From: Felis catus
Lineage: Eukaryota
Length of the DNA: 64,000 nucleotides
Assembly (NCBI RefSeq): GCF_018350175.1
Contig: NC_058368.1
Location: 237,896,001-237,960,000 of the forward strand
Direction of reading: 5' to 3'
Numbering within the stretch: the stretch's first letter is position 1; every line of letters starts with the position of its first letter. The translations under genes and the position numbers were made by a program. Positions 12,731-25,849 of this stretch are shown here, piece by piece. Under the pieces are notes generated by a model. It did no database searches. It was not told where the DNA came from and saw only the letters and a list, made by a program, of their open reading frames with translations.

Positions 12731-14199
12731 ACCGCTGCCTGGCGCCTGAGGTCCCCTCCTGGTGAGGGAGGGTGGAGCTGCCACACTGTGACGCGATGTC
12801 TCTACTTTCTAACTAAAACCACTGTCGGTGTCATCGACACATATAAATATATTTATGAAATAAGTTCCTGCAAACGCTCCTTGAAAGCAATCATGTGAAT
12901 TGGTCATGCAAAACCCGGTAATCGTGAATTACTCAAATAATTATTTCAGATCCTTCTTCCGTTTGCCCCGAGAGTGCGGATCCGACCAGCTTCTCCGAGT
13001 TCAGGACACCAGACGCTCTCCTGAGGACCCTGGTCTGTCGTGCGGGCCAGTGAGACGGCAGCGGCCCTTCCCCGCGCCGGACCCACGTCCCCGCCCTGCC
13101 CGCAGAGGGCCGGCTCTGGGCCCCCGACCCGGGCCGGTGGCTCACGCAGGCTGGGTTTTCGGAGAAGGCTCCCTGTGAGAGTCCCGCCACTGGCACGGGG
13201 ACGGCGGCCGGCCTGCCCTTGACCGGGCTCGCGGCTCTGTCTCTGGGTTTTCTGCCTATTTCTTCAGTGACCTTTGGCTTCACCCGCATGGAACAAAATC
13301 TTCTGTTTCAGAGGTGGAAAGCCGAGGCCCTGACCGTTCGGTGCGACTTTTTCGGTGCCGCCCCCCGTCCGTACTTGATTTAAGGACGACGTCACCCGCC
13401 GCTCTCCGCAACAAGCTGATGGGAAAGTGACAAGGAATGTAAGGGCACATTGACAGTGCTTCTCAGGACACGGCACCCCTGGGGGGCCAGGGACCGGCCA
13501 AGAGCGTGAGTACTTTCTCCTGCACGGCCCAACAAGTCTGCAAACGCCTGTAAATCATCTCATTTTCCCTTCAGCTTGATTGACGAGACGGAGTCTGCAT
13601 GGTCCCCTGGGGCACGGCCCTCCCGAACAGGGCGGTGTGCGGAGCCCCCCACGGAGACGTGTCCCGGGCGCCCCCGGAGCTGGCGAGGCAGGGGAACGGG
13701 CAGGTGAGCCCCCGGGGGAGGACAGAACGCCGCACCTGCAGGGCAGAGGGGCCGGGAGAGACGGGGTTCGTTAAACAAGGGCGGACTGGAGGGGGCTGTC
13801 CGTGAAATGGGGCCATCGGCGTCCCTTACACACAGCCCCTTCCCGCCGTGAGGTGTTCCGGGGAGGAGCCCGTTTGACTGCTCTGGAGCGGCCAATAGTG
13901 ACCCTCTGTGACCAGATGCAAATCTACGAAAGAATTAAATGAAACGCACAAACGTCCTGTGTAGATTCAGGTTCCGAACACACCGCCCAAGACACCGAAA
14001 TTCCTAAAATCGAATGAGCGACCACGGAGCCAGGCCAGGTCCGGCATCTGAGAAGGGAGGGGCTTCCTCCGCTTCCCTGCCCCCACCAGGGAGGGGGTCT
14101 GGCCCCAAAGGCCTCCCCCACTTCCGCTAAGGGGCTGTGCACCTGCCGCTCTCCTCCTGGGCGGCAGTGGGGGGTCCTGTGTCTCTTCCTTACAGCGGT

Positions 14200-14403
14200 C
14201 CTGCCTCAGCCCTTTCCCTGGTCCCCACCTGTTGAGGCGAGCCTTCCGCGAGGCCCCTCACCTGCTCACCGCGCCCCCCTGTCCCCAAGTGCGGCCCTCA
14301 CCTGCAGGCATCTCTCAGGTGGGGACGTTTCCTTGCCGGGAGGCCTTGCCACGTGAGTCCAGCCCAGAGCGGCAGGTCAATAAACGTGTGGAATCAATGA
14401 ATG
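14200..14403 (+). mobile_element. L2 3' end remnant
   Basis: Ends in caataaacgtgtggaatcaatgaatg, resembling the L2 terminus (caataaatatttgttgaatgaatg); the upstream part is GC-shifted. Confidence 0.5.
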
Positions 14404-14487
14404 CAGTCTGAAGGCCAACCAGATGTGGCTTTCAGGAACTGAGCAAGTTACCCCATGTTTCTCTTTCCTTAGGAAACCTGAGCAGCA

Positions 14488-14711
14488 GGGCGCTTGGGTG
14501 GCGCAGTCGGTTAAGCGTCCGACTTCAGCCAGGTCACGATCTCGCGGTCCGGGAGTTCGAGCCCCGCGTCGGGCTCTGGGCTGATGGCTCGGAGCCTGGA
14601 GCCTGTTTCCGATTCTGTGTCTCCCTCTCTCTCTGCCCCTCCCCCGTTCATGCTCTGTCTCTCTCTGTCCCAAAAATAAATAAAAACGTTGAAAAAAAAA
14701 AAAAAAAAGAA
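14488..14711 (+). mobile_element. Young feline CAN-SINE (SINEC_Fc)
   Basis: gggcgcttgggtggcgcagtcggttaagcgtccgacttcagccaggtcacgatctcgcggtcc..., CpGs intact, long pure poly-A. The TSD aaacctgagcagc lies at 14474-14486 and 14715-14727. Confidence 0.97.
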
Positions 14712-16249
14712 AGAAAACCTGAGCAGCTAACCGGATGGAGTCCAAGAGCTCCAGGCTTTTCTGAGGAACCTGTATCCTTATGAGCCCGAAACAAAACCCA
14801 CCCCACATCAGCAGGGCAGGTGCGCGGCCCGAGTCGGGTGGGGCGGACGGGGGGCAGCTGAGAGCCCGGGTGGGTTGGGAAAGAGCAGCAGCCGTACGGG
14901 CAGAGCACCCCGAAAACGTCACTGCCCCTCCTGATCCTCTAGTAAATAAAAATGCCCGAACGTAGTTCAAGATGAAGGAACTTTGAGGGGATAAAAATCA
15001 GCTTTGCTGTTAACAGTTTCTCCAACAACATAGATTTATTAACTAATCCTATCAAAATTTGAAAAAGCACTTTATTCCCAATATCATATAAATAGTAAGA
15101 AAGTTGAAAGAAAACACAGAAAATCTTCTCAGTCCAATTCATCAAAATAACAAAAATCTGGGTACGAAAAGCCGACAACGAGAAAAGGATGCACAGCACA
15201 GTATCCTGGGTGACTCAGGCGCCAGCCAGGAGAGCTAACTGCTGGATTGTCAGGGGTTGTGCAGGGGGATTTGTTAAAAATGGCCATTATTAAAATTAAC
15301 TTGCGTGCGCTTAAATTATATTTAAAAGGGAATACTAAAACCATTTTGCACCATGTCAGCGCTAAGCCTCTCGCGCCTGCCTGCGCGAGGCGCTGCTGGA
15401 GGGTGTCCGTGTCTCGTCCCAGGTCACGCTCCGTGAGGTCACGATGGCCGCCACCGTGGGAATATTCACCCTGCATGAGTGTGCCCGCTACGCGTGAGGC
15501 TTTGGCCTCTGGACTCACAGAAGTTAACAACGTGTATTAAACTTGAGCACGTATCACTCCTCGGCGTTTTTATCGTAACTACCACAGCACAGAGGAAAGA
15601 TTCTTCCAGTGTTCCTGTCCGCGAAAACTATTACCCGATTCCGCGAAAAAGTTGCCCGCATCACGGGCAAAACAGTGAGGTCCCTACAGAACGGCAGCCC
15701 ACACCCATCCCATTCATGCTGAGACCCAGGGTGAGGGGCGGCCGTACGTGGGCTACAGTCGAGAGTTTAGCAAATCCAGAACCTTCCAAGAATCAGCTGA
15801 TGGCATTTACAGTAGAGAGAATCGCACACTTCATTATTATTTGTTGATTATGTCCTGCACATCCTTTATATCACTAAAATGTATTTAAAAAACTTACGTG
15901 TGTAGATCTATGCATACAATTTTTCGGAGCTTGATATTTTACCAACACACCACTGCATAAAACGCTAGTAAATCAAATTCTACAAACCTACCAAATCAAA
16001 AGGGATTTATCAAAAAAATAAGACTTAAATAGCAATAAATCTCTCAATACATGAAAGCACATTCATAGGTTAAGTATTAGGAAGCCATAGAGTTTCGTAA
16101 ACTGATGTTTAAATTCATTACCATCAAACTCATTAACATCTTCATATAGTATGTATAATAATAATATGCACTATTATTATTATATATAGTAATATGTTCA
16201 TACTAATTAACACTATTCAATTAGTTTGTGTCCTTAATTTAAAAACTCT

Positions 16250-16899
16250 ATTAAAGAGTATGTATTTATTCCAATGAGGACTGTTTGGCTCAACCCAAGA
16301 ATCAACATTTTTAACCCCAAAACTCCCGAGAATCTCCACTAAAATCCAAGAAAGGGCAGATGCCTCCCTCGCATATAAATAAATACATTATGACTAAGAA
16401 TGACAATGACTACGAATCAGAAATGACAGGCAAATAGACCAAAAGGCAGAGAGTCAAATGACATTCATTAGCTGACCTCGTGACTCTGTCCGTGTGACCC
16501 CTGCGGAAGAGTCAGCCGAAAGTAATAGAGTTGTGGGCCAGCACAGCACTGGTGGAGGTGTGTATATAATGGGACCCGAACAACGGCTCTCATGTCAAAC
16601 GGAAGCAATCATTTAGAATATGTGATGGGGAGACGATAATCCAATTTATCAAAAGCTATGTATATATCAAGAAGTTAGTAGGAGCCATGTGAAGAAAAGT
16701 ACTTTATAAATGGAGGGACATAGAAGAAATGGAGTCAAAGAAAAAACTGAAAAAATGTCGCATTAACTTAACAAATTGACACGGGAACCATGTTGGAAGT
16801 AAATGTGACAAAATTTCCAAAAAATGCATGTGAAATAACAAAGTAACCGCAAATAGCTTTCCCTCTCTGGTTCTCCTTCTCCTTCTCCTCTCCCTCCCC

Positions 16900-16945
<46 letters not shown>

Positions 16946-17950
16946 GTCTCTCTGTCTCTCTCTCTCTTATTTTATTTTAGTAAAGAAAGAAAGTTTTTCA
17001 GTCTAGAAGATTGTAAAACATGCTTTAACATTATGGTTATTATTAAAGTTGCTCTTGATGCCAAAATACACAAATGAAGAAAACAGATACATCTACCAGG
17101 ACGTGAATTTAACACATGATGATTAGACCTTACAAATAAGTGGGGCATTAGTAATTGTAGTAGCAAGATAGTTTAAGCTCACCCTAACAAAAGACAAGCA
17201 CAATCAGTACCAGAAAGAAATGGGGTCACCAATCTCTCGATGCAGAACGACATTCCAAATATATAAGATTTTTAGGAAATACGCAAATACTTACTCATAC
17301 ATTTGACCATATAAACAGCTAACCCGTCTGCACACTTAAAACATAATGCCCGGAGGCAGACACACTGAGAAAATATTGAAACAGATACGATAAAAAATCT
17401 CTTACAAATTAGTAAGACAAAACACTAGACATCCGCAGAAGAGAGGGTCAAGTCGTGTGCAGACAGCACAGAGAGAGCCGGTCAGGAGATCAGAGATATC
17501 TCAGCTTCATAAGGAATCAAGTCAATGAAAAATAAGCAGTCGGGAAATAACATTTTTATCTATTAAACTTGCGAACTTTTCAAAAATGAAAATCCTGGCA
17601 GACCCCAGAGGTGCTGAGGTGGCCCCTTCACTCTGCAATCCTGTGACGTTTCTTAACGTGCACGAAGATCAGCCATTTTTCAAATTACGGAATGAACCTA
17701 AATTCGTCGTAGAAATTTTCACTCGGAAAAGGCAGAAGGAGAAACATAAAAGTAAATCAGTCACAGGTGAACTGTTCCTATTTACTCTTCCTAGAGCCAT
17801 TTGAGGGCGTGCGGTGTGTGTGCTCACGCTTATGCTCACCTAAAATACGTGTGCTTGCGTATTCGTGTGCATTGTGTCCACACAGAAAAGCACCTATGGT
17901 ACATACAGATATATTGGACATATGGTTTTCATTGTGCCTTTTTTTACTCA
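16250..17950 (+). mobile_element. Ancient degraded LINE-1 (L1M/L1ME-like) ORF2-3' region
   Basis: A-rich + strand with L1-like relics: ataaatggagggacatag, tgcatgtgaaataacaaagtaaccgcaaatagc, ctcttacaaattagtaagacaaaac, ataacatttttatctattaaacttgcgaacttt. No open frame; boundaries approximate. Confidence 0.6.
16862..16967. repeat. (CT)n microsatellite / pyrimidine tract
   Basis: Pure (CT)n core at about 16903-16939 with ctgt-variant and cctt flanks. Confidence 0.95.
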
Positions 17951-18008
17951 GCAGTGTATAATTCTCCCTTTTGCAATTCCTTTGAAAATCCTCAAAATGA
18001 GGCCTTAA

Positions 18009-18217
18009 GGGTGCTGGGGGGGCCCCAGTCTGTTGAGCATCCAACTCTTGATTTCGGCTCAGGTCGTGACCTCACGGTTTGTGGGTTCTTGCCCTGTGTC
18101 AGGATCTACGCTGACAGCACGGAGCCTGCTTGGGATTCTCTCCCCCTCTCTTTCTGCCCCTCCCCTGCTCGCTTGTGCTCTCTGTCTCTCAAATAAATAA
18201 ATACACTTTAAAAAAAA
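18009..18217 (+). mobile_element. Older CAN-SINE (SINEC_Fc3-like)
   Basis: ...cagtctgttgagcatccaactcttgatttcggctcaggtcgtgacctcacggtttgtggg...gagcctgcttgggattctctc, then (CT)n and an aaataaataaa tail. Confidence 0.93.
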
Positions 18218-20599
18218 CATTCCTTATTCCATTTACCTAACGAGCATATTTTGATGACCCCTCCTCACTTCTAATCACTTCTATTCAGGTTCCTTTGGAG
18301 ATCCTGTGGCGGACAGACTCTTCTGCGGTAAATGACTCTGAACATGGTCCCCCTGGCACGTCTCCGACCACTGGCCATGTGCTTCCGCGGTGGCCCCAAC
18401 GGCCCGGCTGCATTACCGGGACCAGGGGTCCGAGTCGTGCACAACAGCGACGTGCGAACCGCCTCTGTAGCTCCCCTGTCGGTGCCCACTGTGTGCCCAA
18501 CGTCCTGCCTGAGGATAGGACTTCACAAATAATGATGCCAGCTTCTGTCCCTCGCCAAATGAACCTCCTCCGGGGTAGTGCAGTGGCCAGTCTCGTCTGC
18601 CTGGAGGCTGTCACCTGCCAAGTGGCATATGGACTAGGATGTCCATAGAGCGCATCTCACATTGTGACAGCTGTCCCTGTCACGTCTTCCTTCCGTACCT
18701 CCACTGGTCTGTCCTTGCAAAGGTCTTGTGATGATGGAAATTGCTCTGGCCCCGTCATTGTTGGACCCATTGCATGTCCCAGTCAGATATTTGGTACCAT
18801 TTCACCTCTTACAAATGAAACCCCAAAGCTTTCTTACTGCTGCTCAGTTAACTTTAAAAAGAATAAAACAGACAAGAAACCTAGCTGTACAAATTAAGAT
18901 AATAAAATTGGCATTTCCGTCCACACGACGACGTGGCATTCACAATCGCTGCTATGCTTTGATGATAAGTTAAGAGTCTAATCTTATTTCAGTTTTAAGA
19001 AATAGGACATTCCTCTTATTAAAAATAAATATTTTATACGTGTTTTCATAATTTCTTTCGTAACAGGTTGCTGTCGGAATTGTTCCATCTTTTTCCATTT
19101 GGCTCTGGTTACAGAGTCTGATTACTTCTTCATTGAAGTCGATTCATCCCACTGAGCATTAATACTTTGAATTTGTGTCATTAATTTCATACCTGACCCT
19201 GAGCTATATTTTTATTACATTAAAGAGTTCTGGAGTAGATTGTGTTCATTTAGAAATAAGCGTTAGAAGAGAAAATCCAACCGAGAATATTCTAAAGGTT
19301 TTTCAATTTTATCTGTGCGCACCCCTCTTTAAAGCAGCGTTGTCAAAGGGGTGCTGGAAACGTGTTCCAGAAGGGGGCCGGGAAACGCCGTCTCCTGACC
19401 CGCTGCCCGCCGCCGCTGTGGGGCCCCCGGGGCTCTGGCCGGGCCCTCGCCCGCCTTCTTGCGTGTCCTCTGACTTGGGCCAGGGGAAGGCCCTACAGGA
19501 AGCCTCACTCAGACACGCGGCCAGCCAGGACACGCCCTTCTCTCGTCACCTTTGCGGGAACTTTCCCTGGTTCGCGGGTACCTGAGGCTTCCCTACTGGC
19601 CTCGGAGTCGCTGCTCCGGGCACAGCAGGGAAACAAGGGGAAAGAACCGGTCCTGGAGGGAGGGAGGGAGAGAAGTTTTGCTGAGCACCTACTCTCTGCC
19701 TGGCAGAGCCCAAGAAGATATTTGCATTTTCTCTGTCTGCTTTTTTCAACTGTCGTTCCCGCTTAACACTCGCGGCCGACCCCACGATCGCCTGCGCGGC
19801 TCGGCTGTCCGCTCTCAAGTGCAAGCTGGCCTCAGCTGCTCTTCGTCAGGAAAGCCCACGGTTTGAGCAGGGACGGGGCAGCTTCCCGGCCACGCACACC
19901 CTGGCAGGGGTGTGGGTGAGCGGGGAAGTGGCTTCCTTTCTGCTCTTCTCAGTGCCCGGCTTGAGGGTCCCTGGGGCTCCGGAAAAGCCGCCAGGACTGA
20001 GACTGAACCTCTGTCAGCAACCCACCGCTGGCAGACAGGGCCGCACGCTCACACGTCTACACTCACGTGCACACGCCCTCACGCCTTTCCTGCTCGGTGT
20101 GCACGAGCAGCAGTGTGCGTGGCCCGCGAGTGGCGGCAGTCTCTCTGCGGGAGGACGAGCCCACATGGCTGTCGGTGGCTCCGGGCCCTCCTCTCGGCTG
20201 CCCGCCAGAGGCCAACACCCCCCGAAGGTCCCCGGGGCTCCAGCCGCCATGTGGCCCGGGCGTCCTGTCCGCCCCTGAGCGCCAGGACCCCGATCGACCT
20301 TATCTCTTCCATCAACGGTGACCTCTGCAAGCTCAGCGCCCGGCAGCCCGCGTGGGCCCCGCTGCTCCCCGGAAACCAGCCCGAGAAGGGAAGGCGCTTG
20401 CGGGAGAGCCGGGCCCCGTGGCCACGACCGCAGGGCCCTCGGGCAAGGGTGTCCCCTGGGGACCCCGGCTCACTCTGAACGACAGAGAGTACGGCCCGAG
20501 CAGAGGTCCGGCTCAGGGAGGTGACGGCTGACAGTCTCTCGCTGCAGAGGCGCGAACGTGCAGGACATCTCACCTGTGCAGCGGCTGCTGGCTAATTTG

Positions 20600-21400
20600 T
20601 TAAGCAAATATCAAGGATCCGCGCACAGGCGCCAGAGGGAGCGCCTCCGCCGCTCTATTTACAAAGTTTCAATTGCATTTTCTGTTTGACTTGGTTCTCC
20701 GAAGAATTCAAAGCAGCGGCCTCGCTTTGGTACCGCTCGGCGGTGCTCCCCGGTGGCCACGCCCGGCGGTCTGGTGCGTGTGCGGGTGTTGGATCCGCTC
20801 GTGAGGCTGCGTGTGGCGCCCGGGGTCGGCCGCCCAGCCCCCGGCGGGTCGGGGTCACTCTGAGGCCGGCTCCCGGCTCGCTGCTGCGTCACCAGCGCAT
20901 TAGCCTGCGGGAGCAGGAGGGGAGATTTGTCGCTTGAACCCTCGGGGGCCGTGCTGCTTGCTGGTTCCTTTTCCCTCGGAGGGAATCCCTCCGTGCCGAG
21001 CTCCGTAGCCTTCCGTCTGCGCGGCAGCAAAATCAACTCCTAAGGAGACTGGTTGAGAGTCATTCGGTGACCTCTGAGGCTCTGGCTGCTCCGCGTAGTT
21101 CCTCCGTCGAGGCTTCCGGGGGGCGGCGCGCAGCCACGACCTGGCCACCCGGCCACCTGCCCGTGTCGCGGACATTCACACCCGGGGTCCCGGCTTGCCC
21201 GGGTACCCAAGCGGGCTCCGCGCTTCCCTCGGAAAGCCCGCTCCCCGCTGAAGAGGAGGAGTGGCCCGGCTCGGCTTCAGGCCTCCTGTCAAGCTCATCT
21301 CCACGTGCATCTGAGCGGAAACAGAGGCGTGACATTGGCAACGGTGAGCGAGCACCGTGTCGCCTCCAGGAACGTTCCAAAGACTAGACTTCCACGGAGC
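20600..21400. promoter_or_regulatory. CpG-island-like block
   Basis: Dense CpG and very high GC; a CTCF-like motif gcgccagagggagc lies at 20629-20642. Confidence 0.45.
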
Positions 21401-22569
21401 GCCATGTCTCCCGAGCCTCAGAGAGCGAGAGCACACATAGTCCCATGCCAGGGTGAGGCTGCCTGAGAAATGAACGTTCGCTCGGGCACTTCTCCACGGT
21501 GACCTTGACAGAGGTCTTTCTGCAAAGCCACTTGGGAGCCTGGGATTCCAGAACCAGACCCTGTTCATCCTCCCTCTCTGTCTGAGGACCGAGCGTGGGG
21601 TCAGCGCAGAGCCTCGGGTGTGGAGAGGTCCTGCGGTGTGAGTCCCCCCGGGCATGCCTGGGCAGGGGAAACAGTCTGGCCCTGAGGACCAAGCGACTCT
21701 CCCAGCTTCGGGGCCACCTCTGGGTTCTCCGGGTGCCGCCCCGATGTCACTGGTGGTCCCCTGAGCCCCGGTGTGCAGCCCCACGGGCGTCCCTGCCTCC
21801 GTTGTCCTTCTGGGAGCTGGATGCGGGAGGCAGGTGGCGACCGGGCGGTGCCCCCGTGCCCCGTGGGCCGGTGCCCAGGAGCCACTTCCTTCAGCTGGGC
21901 GTTCAGCCGGGCCCCCCGCGGGGTCAGACACAGGCTGACCGTGTGCACGTGGGGCAGAGAGCACAGGAAGCCTCAGGGGGCTGCAGCTCTCCGGGGCTGG
22001 TGGGCGGCAAGGAGAGGTTAGACTAGCCAACGCATACTCCATTAGATAGCCACCAGCTCTATCGGGGAGATGAGGGGGTGGAGAGGGACGGGGCCCAGAA
22101 GCAGAGAGGGTGAGGGGTCCCTGTGGAGGCCCGAGCAGGTGCACACGATAAAAACAGGTGTAGACCGGGCCTTGCGTGCAGGCTCAGACAGGCTGCAGGG
22201 GCTGCCTTGCTGAGAGTACTGGGCGGTGGGCCACCCGTGGGCCTCGGCCGCCGGCCTGCCTGGCTCCGGCCCAGTGTGTCCCGAAAGTGGAACCGACCCC
22301 CGGATGGGACAGCGCCCGGGTGCCCCCTATGCGGCTTTTCTGCTGGTGACCGCGGAGAAAACCAAAACACAGATACCTGTGGGACTGCGGCCTCAGCAAA
22401 TGGCTCTCTCCGGCCTTTATCAGGGTGACGGGAGCCCCGAGCACCGCATGCACAGGGCCGGCCACGCCCTCTGCCCCTCAGGGGTCCATCCGGGGACCCG
22501 GCGCTCGGAGGACTTGGGGGAAGGAGAGGTGCCCCGAGCCCTGCAGCCTCCTGGCCCACGTCTGCAGCC

Positions 22570-22805
22570 GTGCACACACGCCCACACGCTTACTCGTGCA
22601 CACTCCGTGTACACACACATGTGCACACAGACGCACACGCACAGTCACACGCGGCCTGCACACGTGTACTCACACACAAAAAACATACACAATCACGTAT
22701 ACACACACACACACCTACACGCACGTGCACACCCACGCCTACAGCTGTACACTCACAGACGCACGCACACACACACATACACTCACAGACACACCCACGC
22801 ACACT
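22570..22805. repeat. Degenerate (CA)n/(CACG)n repeat
   Basis: Alternating purine-pyrimidine cacacacg/cacatg sequence. Confidence 0.9.
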
Positions 22806-24198
22806 AGCAGCACCAGCACTTTGTCCAGTGGCCCCTGTGTGCGTCCCAGGTAAACGGGAAGGAAATGCACTCGGGCCCCGGGCCCAGCCCCAGGCTGCTG
22901 CTCGAGGAGGGGCGACCAGGGTTCCCAGGAGGCCGCGGTCAGCCGGGACCCGGGGTAAAGGGTGCACAGGTCTGCTCACCTGGTACCTGCCCTGCACCCA
23001 GCGGGCCGGAAAGCCACCCCCTGGCTCTCTCCGTTTCATTGAGGCCGTGCTTCTGGAAGGCACCGGGGCGTCCAGGAGCACTGGAGCACAGGATGCTGGG
23101 AGTGAGCCCTCGAGGGTTCAGCAGGTCCAGGTGACACGTCCAGGCTGGCTGATATCTTCTGTGCTCGGAGCGGAGCCGCCTAGAGGAGGGTGTGAGTTTG
23201 TCCTGCTAAAGTGAAGCCATCACTTTTAGCCCAGAAACAGGGCCCAGGAAGGTGCCACCCTCCAACTCAGGCCAAGCCAGCCCGTAGCAGGGGGTGGGGA
23301 CACAGGCTCGGGGCCTGGACGGCTGTGGGTCTCATCACGCCTGCCGCTCTCTGGGGAGACCCTTGCCGTGTTGTTCTGTCAAGCTCACAAGCGTCACCCC
23401 TCCAAACACCATGACTCCCAAGTGTTTAGGTGTCACTTGTCAGGGCGTGCTGGGGTCACAGGGTGTCTGCCAGCTCTGGAGAGCATGGGGGGTGGGGGAG
23501 CTGGGGCCTTTAGCCCTGGAACGGAAGCTCCTCACTGGTGGCACCAGGGGCCAAACCTCGGGAAACAGTCTTTTCCCCAGGGACACGCTCACCTCAGCGG
23601 CAGGGAGAGACGCGTGGCCTCTGGCACCTTCTGCCTGGCACCCTGGCTCCCCCACAGGGTCAAGCAAAATGCCTCTCAGTGCCTCTGCCGTTGCTTTGAC
23701 GTGAGCAGTGTGGTGCTGTGGCCCCGGGTCTGCAGAGACCCCCTCCTGCTCCGAGGGGCCTCGGAAGGACAGTCGGACCTCTGTGGGGGAGGAGGGGTCA
23801 GTGCTCCCGCCCCGGCTCGGGCCCCGGGAGCAAGGTAGGCCAATGCTGGAGCCCACGATTCCGCCTGACCCCTGGCTTTCCTGGGACAAATCCCTGAGCC
23901 GGACTCTTTGGGAAGAACTCCTGATGGCTTCACGCCACAACCTGGACTCCGACACCGCAGATGTCACCTGTGTCCTGCTGTGTCACAGCCAGTGATCAAG
24001 GGCCCGCGGCTTGAACTCCACGGGTTTCTCCAGGTATGAAGTGAAGCCTTTGGATGAGCTCGTCTCCGAGGGTTACTGAGTTCCAAGATGCACATCCCGT
24101 TTTCTAGGCCGACAAGGAAACCATTACAGGAATCGCGACCCCCAGCATCTTTGCAACCAGGGACTCCAGCGCTCACAACCCTAATGACATTCCTTACC

Positions 24199-24688
24199 GA
24201 CACACGTGCGCACACGCACGCGTGCATACGCGTGCAAACACACAGAGGCACACATGGGCACACACGTGCACAAACATGCACGCATGAGCATGGGAACACA
24301 TGCACATGTGTGCACATATACACATACGTGTGCAAACATGCACACCTGGTGCACACACATACACACATGCATGTATGTGCAAACACGTGACACAGAGGCA
24401 CATGTGCACATGCACACACATGTGCAGACATGCATGCACAGAGGTACACACGTGCGAACACACATGCACACATGCATGCACACAGGCACACACGCATGTG
24501 TGTATATACGCATACATGTACAAACACACACAGCAGGACATGCACATACACACATATATGCAGACCTGTGTGCACACACACATACACGTGCAAACACACA
24601 TGCACAGAGGCACATGTACACCTGCACACACATACACACATGCACCCACACACCCAGCAGGCACACTCATGTGCATGCACACGTACAC
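24199..24688. repeat. Degenerate (CA)n/(CACATG)n repeat
   Basis: About 490 bp of alternating purine-pyrimidine sequence; cacagagg recurs at 24241, 24391, 24437 and 24603. Confidence 0.95.
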
Positions 24689-25752
24689 CTGACAGTTTGG
24701 CTAGAGCGTCTGCTCATAAAGCCTGTTTCTTAGTGTTCCTGAAATTCCTCATCACCACATACAAATAAGGGTAGACATCGAATAAGCCTAGTTCAGAAAT
24801 CTATCTAAAATTTATTTTTAAAGAAATCTGGTACGTTCTTCTGAAATAAATACCCTTCTGTGAGAGCAAGGACTTTCACAAACCAAGTTTTGGCCTGGAA
24901 TTTCTTCATTACTTCGTGCATAGAGACGTGAGTGCCACCTATGGAATGAAGCGACAGCCGTAGATTTCCCTGAAGTGAGGATCGCGGGGGGAAACGTGGA
25001 TGCGGACAGAAGGGTGGCCTGGACCGAAGCGGCATTTCAACTTTTCACGTTTCAGGCTGCTCTTGCTGTGACATAGGATTTCTTTTCCAGGAAGTTTTGG
25101 ACTTTATCATATTTCTTAGTTTATATTATAAATTCAGTGAAATTTATCATATGAAAGATCTGAACTTCTGAAAAGGAACAATGGATCCAAAAGTAAATAA
25201 ACGAAATCTTCCACAATTGCAAATACGAGAGAAAATAATTACAAAGGTCAGAGCTACTCAAAGCCGAGAGGGCCTTGCTTTAAACTCCAGTGTCTGTATC
25301 TTTGCCTTCGCAAAAACGAAATTACATACAGATGTTTGATGGTTGCAGATCGCCCCCCCCCCCCCCCCGAGTACAGTGAAACAAATAGCGAATTTCACTC
25401 TGGGTCTTTCACCTTCTTTGTTTTCTTTGATCTTCTTCCTGGCCTTCAACCGAAGCTGTAAAGATATAACGTGTTTCTCCGCAGACCATCTCATGAAAGG
25501 TTTCTCTCTCCTGTGTCTGCTCTCCCCCCTCCTGGTCTGGGGTAACCATTTTCTTTTCATGATGAAAAGGATTTTAATTGCAGTGATGGGAGGGAATGTG
25601 TAGCGCTTTATCTGAGGCCTTTCTGCTAGTAATATATCTTTAAGTTGCAAATATATCCAGCTTGTAATTTAAATCGTAATTGTACTTTCTATGGAAGATT
25701 CTGGGATGAAAAGCAGAGGGCAGCCTACCACACGCAAATGCAATCACACGCA

Positions 25753-25754
<2 letters not shown>

Positions 25755-25783
<29 letters not shown>
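25755..25783. repeat. (CA)n microsatellite
   Basis: Perfect CA run of about 14 units. Confidence 0.95.
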
Positions 25784-25785
<2 letters not shown>

Positions 25786-25849
25786 AGAAAAAAAGAGAAA
25801 AAAGGATGAACCGAATAAAAACAGCTTGTGTCAGTCTTTAAAAAAATCC

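Noticed and set aside
23964..24768. Cys/Val- and His/Thr-rich ORFs
   Set aside because: They are translations of the (CA)n-like repeat; the His/Pro ORFs at 5553-6324 are likewise from the (CCAT)n repeat.
25553..25569. cttttcat-g-atgaaaag inverted repeat
   Set aside because: 8-bp arms are expected by chance in 64 kb.
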